Positions 8,691 to 18,634 of a DNA stretch of 51,779 bases are shown piece after piece (within the stretch, counting starts at the first letter, position 1; every line of letters begins with the position of its first letter). Origin of the DNA: an uncultured Xanthomonas sp. GTDB lineage: Bacteria > Pseudomonadota > Gammaproteobacteria > Xanthomonadales > SZUA-5. A program made the position numbers and the translations under genes. The stretch covers positions 1 to 51,779 of the forward strand of contig CAZLSB010000003.1 in NCBI GenBank assembly GCA_964561825.1. Reading direction: 5' to 3'. Below the pieces are notes generated by a model. The model searched no databases. It saw nothing but the letters and a program-made list of their open reading frames with translations, and had not been told where the DNA came from.

Positions 8691-11279
8691 TCACTGCAAC
8701 CACATTGGCACCGCTAACCCGAGCGCCGCGTAGCCTTGTTTGGCGTCGCTGGCATAGCGGTTGGCGCGCGTGGCATCGCCCAAGGCGCTGGCCAGCAAAC
8801 TGCGCATCATTAAAATGTCGGCGGCTTCATCGAGTTGCGCTAGGCCTAACTCTTGCAGTGCGGTCCATTGTTGCGCTAGCGCTTCATCGATCGCGATTGC
8901 CGGTTTGCCATTGCGCCATTGCGCGAAGGCCATCAAGGCCCGCGCGTAGGCGGCCAAAGGATGCACGCCGCCCGCGGCGAGCTCAAATCCGTCGCTGGCC
9001 TGCGGCAACACATCAATAGCGCTGGGCCAGTTGCCCATTTGCACATAGCTGCGGCCCAGTTCCAGTTGCAGTTGCGCCAGCCATCGCCGATCACTTGAGG
9101 CGCCTTGCAGCAACGCCGTCAAACGCTGCACCGCACCCGTAGCATCACCTTGCAGCCGCGCGAGCACTGCGCGCGCCAGTTCCGTATCAAGCTGATCGGA
9201 GTGCGCGGCCGGCAAATGGCGTAGACGTAGCGTGTCAGCTTGCGCCAATGCCTCAGTAGCCTCAGGCCAGCGCGCCAGCCGCGCGAGCACCAGCGCCCGC
9301 CCGCGCTGCGCCTCCGCGGCGCGCGTGCTGTCCGCCAGTCCACCGGTAGCCAGCAATTGTAGACAGCGATCAAAAGCGGCCAGCGCGGCCGGATAGTCGT
9401 CCAAACGCAGCAACGCGACGCCTAGATTGTTGTAATCAACCGCCAATCCCGGATCGTTGCCACCTAACAGAGCCATGCGATCGGCCAAACGGGCGTGGCT
9501 ATTGCTCAGCGCCTGCACCCAGTGGCCGCGTAACCCCAACAGGTGGTCGAGTAGCGTGCGATTTTTCAAACGCAGCGCGCTGTGTTCGCCGGGCAGTTGA
9601 TCGAGCAAGGCCATAGCCTCGCGGATGGCAGATTCAGCGCCTGACCAATCGCCGACTTTGCGCCGCGCTAAGCCGATATTGTTCAGCACCGACACCATCA
9701 GCGTGCTGGGCCCTGGATAGAGTGCCGATAGTTGCGCATGACCGCGTTCGGCCATCGCCAAACCGCGTTCTTGCTGACCATATTCGATCAGCGACTGACC
9801 CAGCAGCACGCGCAACTCGCCTTGCGAGGACGGCTGATCGTTGAGTTCGAGATCCACGCGCTGCGCCATCGTGAGCAACAGTTCTTCCACGCTGAGCTTG
9901 CGACCGGAGCGCTGCATACTGGCGAGATCCAGGCTGCTCACCAGAAAGTTCTTGGTAACCTCGGAACGCGCGTATTCGCGCTCCACCTGCACGCGCGCTT
10001 GTTCGGCGAAAACCGCGGCGCTGCGTGCGCGCTCGGCCTGCCAGACGGCGACGCCCAGGCCGGTGAGCAAGCCCGCCACCGCAATCGCACCGGCCAGCAC
10101 ACCCAGCCGATGGCGCGCGATAAATTTGCGGAATCGATAGCTGCGGCTGTCCGGACGGGCGCGAATCGGTCGTCCGTTGAGGAAATGGTCAATGTCTTCG
10201 GCCAACATCGCCGCCGAGCCGTAGCGCCGCTCAGCCTCGGGGTGGATGGCTTTGAGAATCAGCGTATCAAGATCACCACGCAGTTGTTTTGCCCAACTGA
10301 CCCGCTCACACTGAACGGGTAATTCCGCCGCTTGTCCCAATTCCGCGGCGGCAAGGCTAGGCCGCGTTGCGCGTTCGCCGGTGATCTCCTGGGCCAGCAA
10401 GTCCATGCGCCCGCTGCGCCGATGTGGCAAACGGCCTACGCTGAGTTCATAGAGCAGCACGCCCAGTCCATAGACGTCGGCGGCCACACCGACTTCTTCG
10501 CCGCGCACTTGTTCTGGCGCTGCATAAGCGGGCGACAGCACCCGCACGCCGGTGGCGGTCTGCACCAGTTCGTCGGTGTCGTCACCCAGCACTTTGGCAA
10601 TGCCGAAATCGAGCAAATGCGGACGCCCGTCGCTATCAACCAGCACATTGCTGGGTTTCAAATCGCGATGCACGATCAACTGACGATGCGCATAGTCGAC
10701 CACTCGGGCGATCTCCGCGACCAACCGCAAGCGCGCTGGCAACCCCAACTTTTGTTTACGGGCGTAGCCGGTCAGCGGTTCGCCGCAGATGTAATCCATC
10801 GCCAAGAATGGGCGGCCATCGGCGGTGACGCCGGCGTCCAGCAAGGTGGCGATCGCCGGATGATTAAGCTTGGCCAGGATGCGCCGTTCTTGCAAAAAAC
10901 GTTGCAGCAGCGCGTGCGAATCCATCCCGCGTTTCAGCAGTTTGACCGCTGCGGTTTGCACCACATCGCCCTGATGGCGTTGCGCCAGCCAGACCTCGCC
11001 CATACCACCGCGGCCCAACAAATGCTGCACCCGCCAACTTGGGCCAAACTCGGGAGTGGCCTCGGCTGCCACCGGTGCCAGCACATCCTCGCGCTGTTCC
11101 AGCACACCTTGAGTGCGCGCATCGGCAATTAACATCGAGCGCACTTCGGCCGCCAAACTGCTATCGGTTTGCGCCAACTCGGCGAGCGCCAATTCCTGCG
11201 CGGCGGCCGACAGATCAAGCAGCAAATCAAAATGCTTGGACAGCTCATGCCAACGCCGTGTGCGCGGATCGGCGCTCAT
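8691..11279 (-). CDS. Ser/Thr protein kinase with a TM helix and a C-terminal TPR-like repeat region
   Basis: Hanks kinase motifs are present: GRGGMGEVW, AVK, HRDLKPSNVLV, DFG, SPAYAAPE. A TM segment (VLAGAIAVAGLLTGLGVAVW) is followed by about 480 aa of TPR-like helical repeats. Confidence 0.9.
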   Translation of the reverse strand: MSADPRTRRWHELSKHFDLLLDLSAAAQELALAELAQTDSSLAAEVRSMLIADARTQGVLEQREDVLAPVAAEATPEFGPSWRVQHLLGRGGMGEVWLAQRHQGDVVQTAAVKLLKRGMDSHALLQRFLQERRILAKLNHPAIATLLDAGVTADGRPFLAMDYICGEPLTGYARKQKLGLPARLRLVAEIARVVDYAHRQLIVHRDLKPSNVLVDSDGRPHLLDFGIAKVLGDDTDELVQTATGVRVLSPAYAAPEQVRGEEVGVAADVYGLGVLLYELSVGRLPHRRSGRMDLLAQEITGERATRPSLAAAELGQAAELPVQCERVSWAKQLRGDLDTLILKAIHPEAERRYGSAAMLAEDIDHFLNGRPIRARPDSRSYRFRKFIARHRLGVLAGAIAVAGLLTGLGVAVWQAERARSAAVFAEQARVQVEREYARSEVTKNFLVSSLDLASMQRSGRKLSVEELLLTMAQRVDLELNDQPSSQGELRVLLGQSLIEYGQQERGLAMAERGHAQLSALYPGPSTLMVSVLNNIGLARRKVGDWSGAESAIREAMALLDQLPGEHSALRLKNRTLLDHLLGLRGHWVQALSNSHARLADRMALLGGNDPGLAVDYNNLGVALLRLDDYPAALAAFDRCLQLLATGGLADSTRAAEAQRGRALVLARLARWPEATEALAQADTLRLRHLPAAHSDQLDTELARAVLARLQGDATGAVQRLTALLQGASSDRRWLAQLQLELGRSYVQMGNWPSAIDVLPQASDGFELAAGGVHPLAAYARALMAFAQWRNGKPAIAIDEALAQQWTALQELGLAQLDEAADILMMRSLLASALGDATRANRYASDAKQGYAALGLAVPMWLQ

Positions 11280-11339
11280 GTGTGTAGAGTGCCGCGAACG
11301 GCTACTTGCGGCGCACTAGAGCAGACCGGCGCGCGCCGA

Positions 11340-11939
11340 TCAGTCCTCGGGTAGCGCGCTTGCGGCATCACCGCTGCTCAGGATTTGGTACAAAAATGCC
11401 CGCGCGCGGCGCCAATCGCGCTTCAAAGTGCGCTCGGATACATCCAATAACGGCGCGATCTCCGATAACTCTAAGCCACCAAAAAAGCGCATTTCCACGA
11501 CTTGCGCCAAGCGTGAATCCAACTCGGCCAGCTGATCAAGCGCCTGATTCAGCGCTAATAATTCGTCGTCATGACCGCCCGCCGACACCTCCAGCGCGAC
11601 ACCATCTAGGGTTTGCGCACGCAAGCCACCGCCGCGCCGTTCGGCCTGCCGCTCACGCGCGCGATCAATCAAGATTTGCCGCATCGCGCGTGCCGCCGTG
11701 GCAAAAAAATGCTGCCGATCATTGAACTCAGTCGGCGCCCGCGACAGCTTGAAATACGCCTCGTGGACCAAGGACGTGGCACCCCCGTGTTCGCGATCAC
11801 CACGCAACTGGCGTTCCGCCAAACGATGCAGCTCACGATAGACATGCGCGTACAGCCGCTCCTGCGCGTGCGCGCTGCCCTTGCGCGCATCGCCCAGCAA
11901 CATCGTGATTTCTTCGATACGCACGGCTTCGAATTCCAT
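11340..11939 (-). CDS. ECF-type sigma-70 family RNA polymerase sigma factor (kinase-associated type)
   Basis: The ATG at 11939 (MEFEAVRIEEITMLL) is the probable start. The ORF-track extension to 12212 is Cys/Trp-rich and not protein-like. Region 2 is LVHEAYFKL and region 4 is RFFGGLELSEIAPLLDVSERTLKRDW. It lies 60 nt upstream of the kinase gene. Confidence 0.85.
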   Translation of the reverse strand: MEFEAVRIEEITMLLGDARKGSAHAQERLYAHVYRELHRLAERQLRGDREHGGATSLVHEAYFKLSRAPTEFNDRQHFFATAARAMRQILIDRARERQAERRGGGLRAQTLDGVALEVSAGGHDDELLALNQALDQLAELDSRLAQVVEMRFFGGLELSEIAPLLDVSERTLKRDWRRARAFLYQILSSGDAASALPED

Positions 11940-12345
11940 CGTCGCATTGTCGTAGATTTCTGCGCGCAGCGGGAGGGCGGTTTGAGGGTTAGTTGTTGCC
12001 GTGTGACGCAGGAGCGCGCGGGCGATAAGTGCTGTGATCACCTCGCGCCAGCGCAAAATCAAGCGTTCATGCACCTCGCCTGGCGCCATACAATGGCAGG
12101 ACCTGCGAGCAGCCGCACATCCCGTGTCGTGCCAACACCAGACTAAAGTAGCATGTGGGTATCCGCCCTTGGTTGGGTTGCGCCTAGACTTACCCGCATT
12201 GGGCTGCGACAATAGCGTTGGCTGCGCCGCGATTTGTTCGACTAAAACCAGCTGTTATTCCACAGCGAGAGCAGCCTTCCGCGCGCCAGCGTTCGATATC
12301 GTCGCGTCACCTGACGCGTGTTAAGCCATTAGGAGGCTTAAGCCT

Positions 12346-13383
12346 TTGGTCCCCCAGTTCCGCCTGAGCAGAGCCTTGGTCATTGCCAGTTTCGTGGCAA
12401 GTAGCATCGTCTGCGGTCCACTGTGGGCGCCGCCGCTACCCCCACCTTCAAAGGTGCTGCAGAGCCCGCGAACGCAAGTGGTGGTGGGGACTTACGTTGA
12501 CCGGTTGGCCGATGGTCGCTATCGCTTTAAGAAAGTCGACGATTTGCGCGGCCCAGACAGCGCGCCTGATGAAATTGTCGTCCGTGGTCCAGATTGGCTG
12601 CTGGGGTGGCTGAGTCCGAACACGCAGTATCTGTTTGCCTACACGGCCTATGTGCGCAATCCGCGCTTTCGCAAAGAAACGATTGTTGACACCAACGGTC
12701 CACAATTGATCGATTCGTCCGGGTTGGAACCCGCTCTCTTTATTGAAGCGGCCGGTTTGCGCGAGCAGTTAATCCACACGCTCGATAAACCCAGCCTGCA
12801 AACAGACGCGTTCATTGAACAGATTGCCGCTGGCTTGGGCAGCACAGACATTCAGCTGCAAAACTTTTACGCGGCCGAGTTGAATTTGCTGCCTGATTTG
12901 GGCAAACGCAAAGATAAGTCACTGGTCAAAGCGGTTACCGCCTTACTCAAAAATGCTGATGGTCATCCCACCGCGCGCGCCACTTTATTGCGCGTAGCGG
13001 CGGCAAATCCAGGCACTTATTCGCGTGCGCTGTTAACTGAGGTGGTGGACCAGGTACTGCTCGAAGCGCCACTGGTCGGCTACCAAGATCCCCATTCGCG
13101 CGACGGTGAATTGCTAAGCGCTGCGCTACAGCTGACCCGCGAACCATCCTTTACGGTAAGGCGCGCAGCGCTGGAACGGCTGGTAAGTTGTGATAACACC
13201 GCATTGGCTGAGGACGCGCTATTGGCACTACGCAGCCACTTTCCGGAACACGAACGGAGCGCCGTATTAACTACGCTGAAGCAGACGCAGCTACCGACGG
13301 TTACACGAGAATTTCTGCTTGATCACCTGCGCCGCCTAGATTTGGCGGCCAAACATCTGACGAAAACAGTACCAGAATCCTGA
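12346..13383 (+). CDS. Hypothetical exported protein, helical-repeat-like C-terminal half
   Basis: 345-aa ORF with a TTG start 9 nt after an AGGAGG at 12331-12336. It has a hydrophobic N-terminus (ALVIASFVASSIVCGPLWA). I recognise no family. Confidence 0.55.
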   Translation: MVPQFRLSRALVIASFVASSIVCGPLWAPPLPPPSKVLQSPRTQVVVGTYVDRLADGRYRFKKVDDLRGPDSAPDEIVVRGPDWLLGWLSPNTQYLFAYTAYVRNPRFRKETIVDTNGPQLIDSSGLEPALFIEAAGLREQLIHTLDKPSLQTDAFIEQIAAGLGSTDIQLQNFYAAELNLLPDLGKRKDKSLVKAVTALLKNADGHPTARATLLRVAAANPGTYSRALLTEVVDQVLLEAPLVGYQDPHSRDGELLSAALQLTREPSFTVRRAALERLVSCDNTALAEDALLALRSHFPEHERSAVLTTLKQTQLPTVTREFLLDHLRRLDLAAKHLTKTVPES

Positions 13384-13397
13384 TAAGGGGACGGCAA

Positions 13398-16253
13398 ATG
13401 CGCGGTAAAACCAAGGTTGCAGCCATATTATTGGTTGCTTTTTCCGGCGCTCAGGCGGCTGAAATCCGTATGGAAATCAGCCACTCAGCGCGTAACGACA
13501 CCTCGCGCCCGTTGCGCGACATCATCGCCGACATGGGGCCGGTGTTAAGTCCATCGGCCGACAATTTGCGGATTGTCGAGAATATCTTCCTGAAGTCGCC
13601 GATCCAGCAGCCCGGCTTGCAGCAAAACCAAGGTCGGGGGGCACTGCTGCCAAAGTACCAGTCTGAACCCTCGATGTTGCCGACGCCGCCCGCCATCACC
13701 TCGTTTGATGGATTGCGGATCGGTAACGGTGGCTTAGGCATGCCGCCCGACACCAACGGCGATGTCAGCCCGGCGCACTACATCCAATGGATCAACAGCA
13801 GCTGGGGCATCTTCGACAAAGTCACCGGTATCCAAAGTGGGGTCACGGTGGCCGGCAATTCGTTCTGGAACGGCTTTGGTGGCGCTTGCCAAACCAGCAA
13901 CGACGGTGATCCACTGGCCATTTGGGATGACACCGCGCAACGTTGGGTGATGAGCCAGTTCATCACCAGCGCGCCGTTCAAACAATGCGTGGCAATTTCA
14001 ACCACGGCCGATCCACTCGGCCCCTATCACCGCTACGAGTTTGTATCGCCGATTTTTGGCGACTATCCGCATATGGGTGTGTGGACCGAAGTCGGCGGCA
14101 CGCAAAATGCATATCTGATGGTCACCCACGATTTCAGTGGAAACCCGCTGAGCTTCCAAGGTGCCAGCTACGTGGCCATGGAGCGCGACAAAATGCTCGC
14201 CGGTTTGCCGGCCGGCGTGGTGCGTTTCTCCGGTTTTGATGCGTATGGCGCGCAACCGATTCACTTGGATGGCACGCTAAAGGCGCGGTCCGGTGCCTGT
14301 CCGCTATTTGTGCACTTTGACTCGGCAGATTCCAGCTATTTGTTTTGGGATTTGTGCCTGAACTGGATTACGCCGGCCAGCAGCACGATTTCGGCGAATC
14401 CACAGCGGGTGTTGTCGTCTATTCCAATTCGTCCGAACTCCACCCAAACCCCGCAGCTTGGCACCACCGCATTGCTGGACTCTTTCGGTCCCAACATCAT
14501 GTACCGGGCTGCGGCGCGAACTTTTGATGCCGGCGCGCCGTTCACGACCTCCCTGGTGATCAACCATTCGGTGCTCGGCCCTGCCGACCAGGGCGCTATC
14601 AAATGGGTGCATTTTGACCTGAAGCAGGGTGTGGGTAGCCCGGCGCCAATGATTAAATCGATTGTCGATGAAGGCATTTTCGCGCCCGATGCGCGCTCGC
14701 GCTGGATGGGCAGTATTGCGATCGACAAAAACGGCAATATCGGCCTGGGCTACACCCGATCGAGCAGCACCAGCAACCCCGCGATCATGCTGAGCTCGCG
14801 CAAGTTGGGCGACCCACCCAGCGAATTGCGCGATGAAACCGCTTGCACGCCGCTGACCACCGGTTCGCAGACCACTACCAATGGTCGGTGGGGCGACTAT
14901 TCGTCGATGAGCGTTGATCCAGTCGATGACTGCACCTTCTGGCACACCAACGAGTACTACGCGACAACCTCTTCCAGCAGCTACCGCACGCGTATTTGTT
15001 CGTTCGTACTGGATGGCTGTGGTGATGCTAACTTTGCGGTGGTTGCCGATACGCCCAAACGCATCGAACAGTGTGCGGCGACCACCGTCACCGATCCCAC
15101 TTGGGACCTACGCGCGGGTGCATTATTTGGATTCAACGGCAATGTGATGTTCAGCGCGACCGGCGCTCCGGGTGGCACGACCCCCAGCTTTGCGCCGGCC
15201 AATGTGATCGCCCCGGGCGCCACGGTCTTCACGCTGACCGGTGGTGCGGCCTTGACTTCCGGCGAGTACGCATTCAGTTTGGTCGGTACTAGCGGCGCGC
15301 TGGTGCGCAGCGTGCCGGTGAGCTTAGGAATATCGTCTGCTGCGGCAGCCGCGCCGGCCTTGTCGGCTCCTGCCAATGCCGCGCTCAATGTCAGCCAACG
15401 TCCCACCTTGGTTTGGGCGGCCGCGCCCGGTGCGCTGAGCTATGACGTGCAGATCGCCACGGATGTGGCGTTCACCAACATCATCGCGAGCACCACCTTG
15501 ACCACCACCAGTTGGACGCCGGGTTTAAGTTTTGACGCGCTGCGCACCTTCTACTGGCGCGTGCGCTCGAAGAACTACTGCGGTGACGGTGTATTCGCCA
15601 CAGTCAGATCCTTCACCACTGGCTTGGCGGGCGTTTGCGTGGCAGGTCAACCGGTGACGATCTTTGAAGATACCGTCGATCCGGGCGTCAATGGCTGGAC
15701 GACCAGCGGCACCGGCGGTACGACGTGGACACGCGTCACAGCGCCGGCCGGTACCCGGATGAGCACGATGGTGTGGCGCGTAGCAAACAATACGGTGACC
15801 AGTGATCGCGGTTTGATTTCACCGGCGATCGTCATTCCGCCAACCGCAGCTGAGGTGACCCTCACCTACGACACCTACCACAGCTTTGAGGTGGACGGCG
15901 CTACGGGCTGTTGGGACGCAGGTTCTCTGGAAGCCAGCACCGACAATGGCAGCACCTGGAATCCATTGAGCGACACGCGCATGTTGACTGATCCTTACAA
16001 GACGACGATCACCGACGGCGCACCATTGGCGGGTCGGCAGGGTTGGTGTCAGTTGACAGTGAGTCCGTTCTCTTTCCTGACTGGATTCGAGGACACGGCG
16101 CAGGTCATTCCAGCGCGCAGCATCGTTGATTTAGGCGGTTTCGCGGGTCAGAGCATTCGACTGCGCTTCCGCGCGACCACCGATAGCAACACCGCCGCCC
16201 TGGCACCCAACGGCTGGTTAGTGGACAACATCAAGGTGCAGCGCTGCCAGTAG
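13398..16253 (+). CDS. Large secreted protein of unknown function (signal peptide, FN3-like segment, C-terminal jelly-roll/MAM-like segment)
   Basis: 951 aa with the signal peptide KVAAILLVAFSGAQAAE. The FN3-like stretch is PTLVWAAAPGALSYDVQIATDVAFTNII...YWRVRS. The C-terminal segment GWTTSG...WRV...GSLEASTDNGSTW...IRLRFRATTDSN...WLVDNIKV resembles MAM/choice-of-anchor-type domains. The domain names are tentative. Confidence 0.7.
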   Translation: MRGKTKVAAILLVAFSGAQAAEIRMEISHSARNDTSRPLRDIIADMGPVLSPSADNLRIVENIFLKSPIQQPGLQQNQGRGALLPKYQSEPSMLPTPPAITSFDGLRIGNGGLGMPPDTNGDVSPAHYIQWINSSWGIFDKVTGIQSGVTVAGNSFWNGFGGACQTSNDGDPLAIWDDTAQRWVMSQFITSAPFKQCVAISTTADPLGPYHRYEFVSPIFGDYPHMGVWTEVGGTQNAYLMVTHDFSGNPLSFQGASYVAMERDKMLAGLPAGVVRFSGFDAYGAQPIHLDGTLKARSGACPLFVHFDSADSSYLFWDLCLNWITPASSTISANPQRVLSSIPIRPNSTQTPQLGTTALLDSFGPNIMYRAAARTFDAGAPFTTSLVINHSVLGPADQGAIKWVHFDLKQGVGSPAPMIKSIVDEGIFAPDARSRWMGSIAIDKNGNIGLGYTRSSSTSNPAIMLSSRKLGDPPSELRDETACTPLTTGSQTTTNGRWGDYSSMSVDPVDDCTFWHTNEYYATTSSSSYRTRICSFVLDGCGDANFAVVADTPKRIEQCAATTVTDPTWDLRAGALFGFNGNVMFSATGAPGGTTPSFAPANVIAPGATVFTLTGGAALTSGEYAFSLVGTSGALVRSVPVSLGISSAAAAAPALSAPANAALNVSQRPTLVWAAAPGALSYDVQIATDVAFTNIIASTTLTTTSWTPGLSFDALRTFYWRVRSKNYCGDGVFATVRSFTTGLAGVCVAGQPVTIFEDTVDPGVNGWTTSGTGGTTWTRVTAPAGTRMSTMVWRVANNTVTSDRGLISPAIVIPPTAAEVTLTYDTYHSFEVDGATGCWDAGSLEASTDNGSTWNPLSDTRMLTDPYKTTITDGAPLAGRQGWCQLTVSPFSFLTGFEDTAQVIPARSIVDLGGFAGQSIRLRFRATTDSNTAALAPNGWLVDNIKVQRCQ

Positions 16254-16280
16254 GTAGTCCTTCACACCCCTGTAGGTGAG

Positions 16281-16309
16281 GCGCGGACCGCAAGGTCCGC
16301 GCTTTTTTT
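16281..16309 (+). terminator. Rho-independent terminator after the 951-aa gene
   Basis: The stem is GCGCGGACC / GGTCCGCGC (9 bp, perfect) with a GCAA loop, followed by T7 at 16303-16309. Confidence 0.85.
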
Positions 16310-16360
16310 ATGTCCATTGCTTGGCGATACTCTGCGTCCGACAATTTGATGTTGCCTGCC

Positions 16361-17362
16361 ATGGCTCTGCCTACCCAGAATCCTGATGCGCCGGAGTTCG
16401 CCCGCCGCTATGTAAACCTCGCCGACGCGCGCTTAGGTGCCGTTGCGTTGGCCGCCAGCGATGATTTTTTCGCCGAGCGCTCGCGCATGCTCAATCCGGA
16501 GCCGGCGGTGTTCATTGCGGGCAAATACGATCAAAACGGCAAGTGGATGGACGGCTGGGAAAGCCGCCGCAAACGCGGCCCCGGTCACGATTGGTGCATC
16601 GTCAGGCTAGCGCGGCCCGGCACAATCGTCGGCGTGGATCTTGATACCAGTCACTTCACCGGCAATTTCCCACCGGCGGCGTCGATTGACGGCTGCGCGC
16701 AAAACGGCGATGTCATTGCCGAAAGCGACTGGTTCCCGTTGCTACCGGATGTCAATCTGGGTGGCAATCAGCATCACTACCACGCAATCGCAGTCGCGCG
16801 ACGAGTCACGCATTTGCGCATTAACTTGTTTCCCGATGGTGGGCTGGCGCGACTACGCGCCTATGGAAAACCCGATCTAGGTGCAATTGCCGACGATGGT
16901 TTGATCGATCTGCTCGCCGCGCTCAATGGCGCCACGGTGGTGGCCGCCAACAATCAGCATTTTGGCTTGGCCTCCAGTCTTTTGCTGCCCGGTCGCGGCG
17001 TCAATATGGGCGATGGTTGGGAAACCCGTCGACGCCGCGAACCCGGCAATGATTGGTGCGTGCTGGCACTCGCGCGGCCCGGCCTGATCGAAGCAATCGA
17101 AGTTGATACCTGCCACTTCAAAGGCAATTATCCGGATCGTTGTTCCATGCAGGCGGCGCTGGTGACCGGCGGCACCGCCGAATCGCTGATCACCCAATCG
17201 ATGTTCTGGCCGGTGTTGTTGCCCGAGCAGAAGCTTGCGATGGATCTGCAACACTACTATCGCGCTGAAATTCTCTCGCACGGACCAGTCAGCCACGTGC
17301 GCTTCAATATCTACCCAGACGGCGGCGTTTCGCGCCTGCGCCTGCTTGGGCGCGTGGCCTGA
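16361..17362 (+). CDS. alc: Allantoicase
   Basis: It has the two-repeat allantoicase architecture. [11 protein letters not shown]...[39 protein letters not shown] is repeated as [12 protein letters not shown]. The track start at 16310 lies inside the terminator T-tract, so M14 (16349) or M18 (16361) is more likely. Confidence 0.85.
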   Translation: MALPTQNPDAPEFARRYVNLADARLGAVALAASDDFFAERSRMLNPEPAVFIAGKYDQNGKWMDGWESRRKRGPGHDWCIVRLARPGTIVGVDLDTSHFTGNFPPAASIDGCAQNGDVIAESDWFPLLPDVNLGGNQHHYHAIAVARRVTHLRINLFPDGGLARLRAYGKPDLGAIADDGLIDLLAALNGATVVAANNQHFGLASSLLLPGRGVNMGDGWETRRRREPGNDWCVLALARPGLIEAIEVDTCHFKGNYPDRCSMQAALVTGGTAESLITQSMFWPVLLPEQKLAMDLQHYYRAEILSHGPVSHVRFNIYPDGGVSRLRLLGRVA

Positions 17363-17389
17363 CTGCTCGGTGACCGCTTTTTGAGGCCT

Positions 17390-17875
17390 ATGACAAAGCT
17401 CATTCTCGTTGAAACACTCCATGCGGACGCATTTGCCGAATTCGGCTCGGTCATTGCGCCACACGCAGCACGCCAGGTTTTTCCGATCAATCAAGGCACC
17501 ACGCAGCGTTACCACGCGTTGGCAACCGCAGATGTGGTCGACGGCCAAGTCGCCATCAGTTTGGCCCGCGCACAAGCCTGCACCTTGCCCTTCATGATCA
17601 CCCTGCTCGAGCGCCATCCACTGGGCAGCCAGGCTTTCATTCCGCTGCACGGCACGCGCTATTTGATCGTGGTGGCAAGCACACCGGACTCCCCGCCGCG
17701 CGCTTTTCTGGCCGATCAGGGTGAGGGCGTGCAATACCATCGTGGCACTTGGCATCACCCTTTGATCGCGCTCGATCAAGGTGGTGATTTCCTCATCATC
17801 GATCGGGTAGGCGCGGGCAACAACTGCGAAGAGGTGCACTTATCGCCAGCGTGGTTGTTGGCAGGAATCGATTGA
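17390..17875 (+). CDS. allA: Ureidoglycolate lyase
   Basis: The N-terminus LILVETLHADAFAEFGSVIA and the segment LERHPLGSQAFIPL match the AllA family pattern. ATG at 17390; the track begins at a TTG at 17381. Confidence 0.8.
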   Translation: MTKLILVETLHADAFAEFGSVIAPHAARQVFPINQGTTQRYHALATADVVDGQVAISLARAQACTLPFMITLLERHPLGSQAFIPLHGTRYLIVVASTPDSPPRAFLADQGEGVQYHRGTWHHPLIALDQGGDFLIIDRVGAGNNCEEVHLSPAWLLAGID

Positions 17876-17877
17876 AT

Positions 17878-18255
17878 TCAACCTAGCAGCAAAACCACCA
17901 TGCAAACCGCTGTTCCCACTAGGGCCGCGCCGTAACACAACAGCCTGGCCAACATGCCGGCGTGGATACCTAGATCGTGCAGCGTGTGAAAAATGCGGTG
18001 CGCGCTGTGCCATAAAAATAGAGAAATCACCAGAAACACGGCCAGTTTGATCGGCCAAGCTTGCAGTAACGCCAGCACATTCGCGTAACTGGCAGCCTCA
18101 CTAGGCAGGCCGATGCCCAGCGGTGCGGCGAAACCGGTGATCCACACCAGTGCCGCTCCAATCAGCGCCGACAACATGCCACCGGCGCCAAACAACAGCC
18201 AAAAAATCGGTGCATTGGAGCGTTTCACGAGGCCAACCTCATCGCCAATCCCCAC
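17878..18255 (-). CDS. frdD: Fumarate reductase membrane anchor subunit D
   Basis: KRSNAPIFWLLFGAGGMLSA aligns by eye with E. coli FrdD [20 protein letters not shown]. An alternative GTG start at 18228 would form a GTGA overlap with the frdC stop. Confidence 0.8.
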   Translation of the reverse strand: MGIGDEVGLVKRSNAPIFWLLFGAGGMLSALIGAALVWITGFAAPLGIGLPSEAASYANVLALLQAWPIKLAVFLVISLFLWHSAHRIFHTLHDLGIHAGMLARLLCYGAALVGTAVCMVVLLLG

Positions 18256-18623
18256 ACCAATACGCTGGCCAATAGCGCGGCAATCAATCCCGCGTTGCTA
18301 ATCGTTGCTGCACTCAATCGTTCGCCGCCAAGCCTAATCGGCGGCAGCGTGCGCGGCATGATGTGGAACCAAGTCCAGCTGTGATACAGAAATCCGAGCA
18401 GCAAAAGACCGTGCAGCAGTAAACTGGGCGTGCTGCGGAGCAGTGTCAGCCATTGATCCCAAGCCGCCTCGCCGCGCGCCAATGCCAGCAGACCAGCCAA
18501 TAAAATCAGCGCGTAAGCAGCCACACACAGCGCCGTGCCTTCATGAATCATGTATTCGACGAAATACGGGTTCTTGCGCCACCAACCCGCCATCGTCCGT
18601 CGATATGGGCGCCGCAGACTCAT
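18225..18623 (-). CDS. frdC: Fumarate reductase membrane anchor subunit C
   Basis: RRPYRRTMAGWWRKNPYFVEYMIHEGTAL resembles E. coli FrdC [29 protein letters not shown]. It has three TM helices. Confidence 0.85.
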   Translation of the reverse strand: MSLRRPYRRTMAGWWRKNPYFVEYMIHEGTALCVAAYALILLAGLLALARGEAAWDQWLTLLRSTPSLLLHGLLLLGFLYHSWTWFHIMPRTLPPIRLGGERLSAATISNAGLIAALLASVLVWGLAMRLAS

Positions 18624-18634
18624 GCTTGAGCGCC

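Noticed and set aside
11940-12212. N-terminal extensions of several track ORFs. These affect the sigma factor (to 12212), queE (to 23889), ruvB (to 30380), ilvE (from 38641), the SDR (from 33870), allantoicase (from 16310) and the vWA gene (from 42044).
   Set aside because: The extended parts are compositionally non-protein-like, overlap neighbouring genes or a terminator, and precede internal Met codons that match the usual family N-termini. I used the internal starts.
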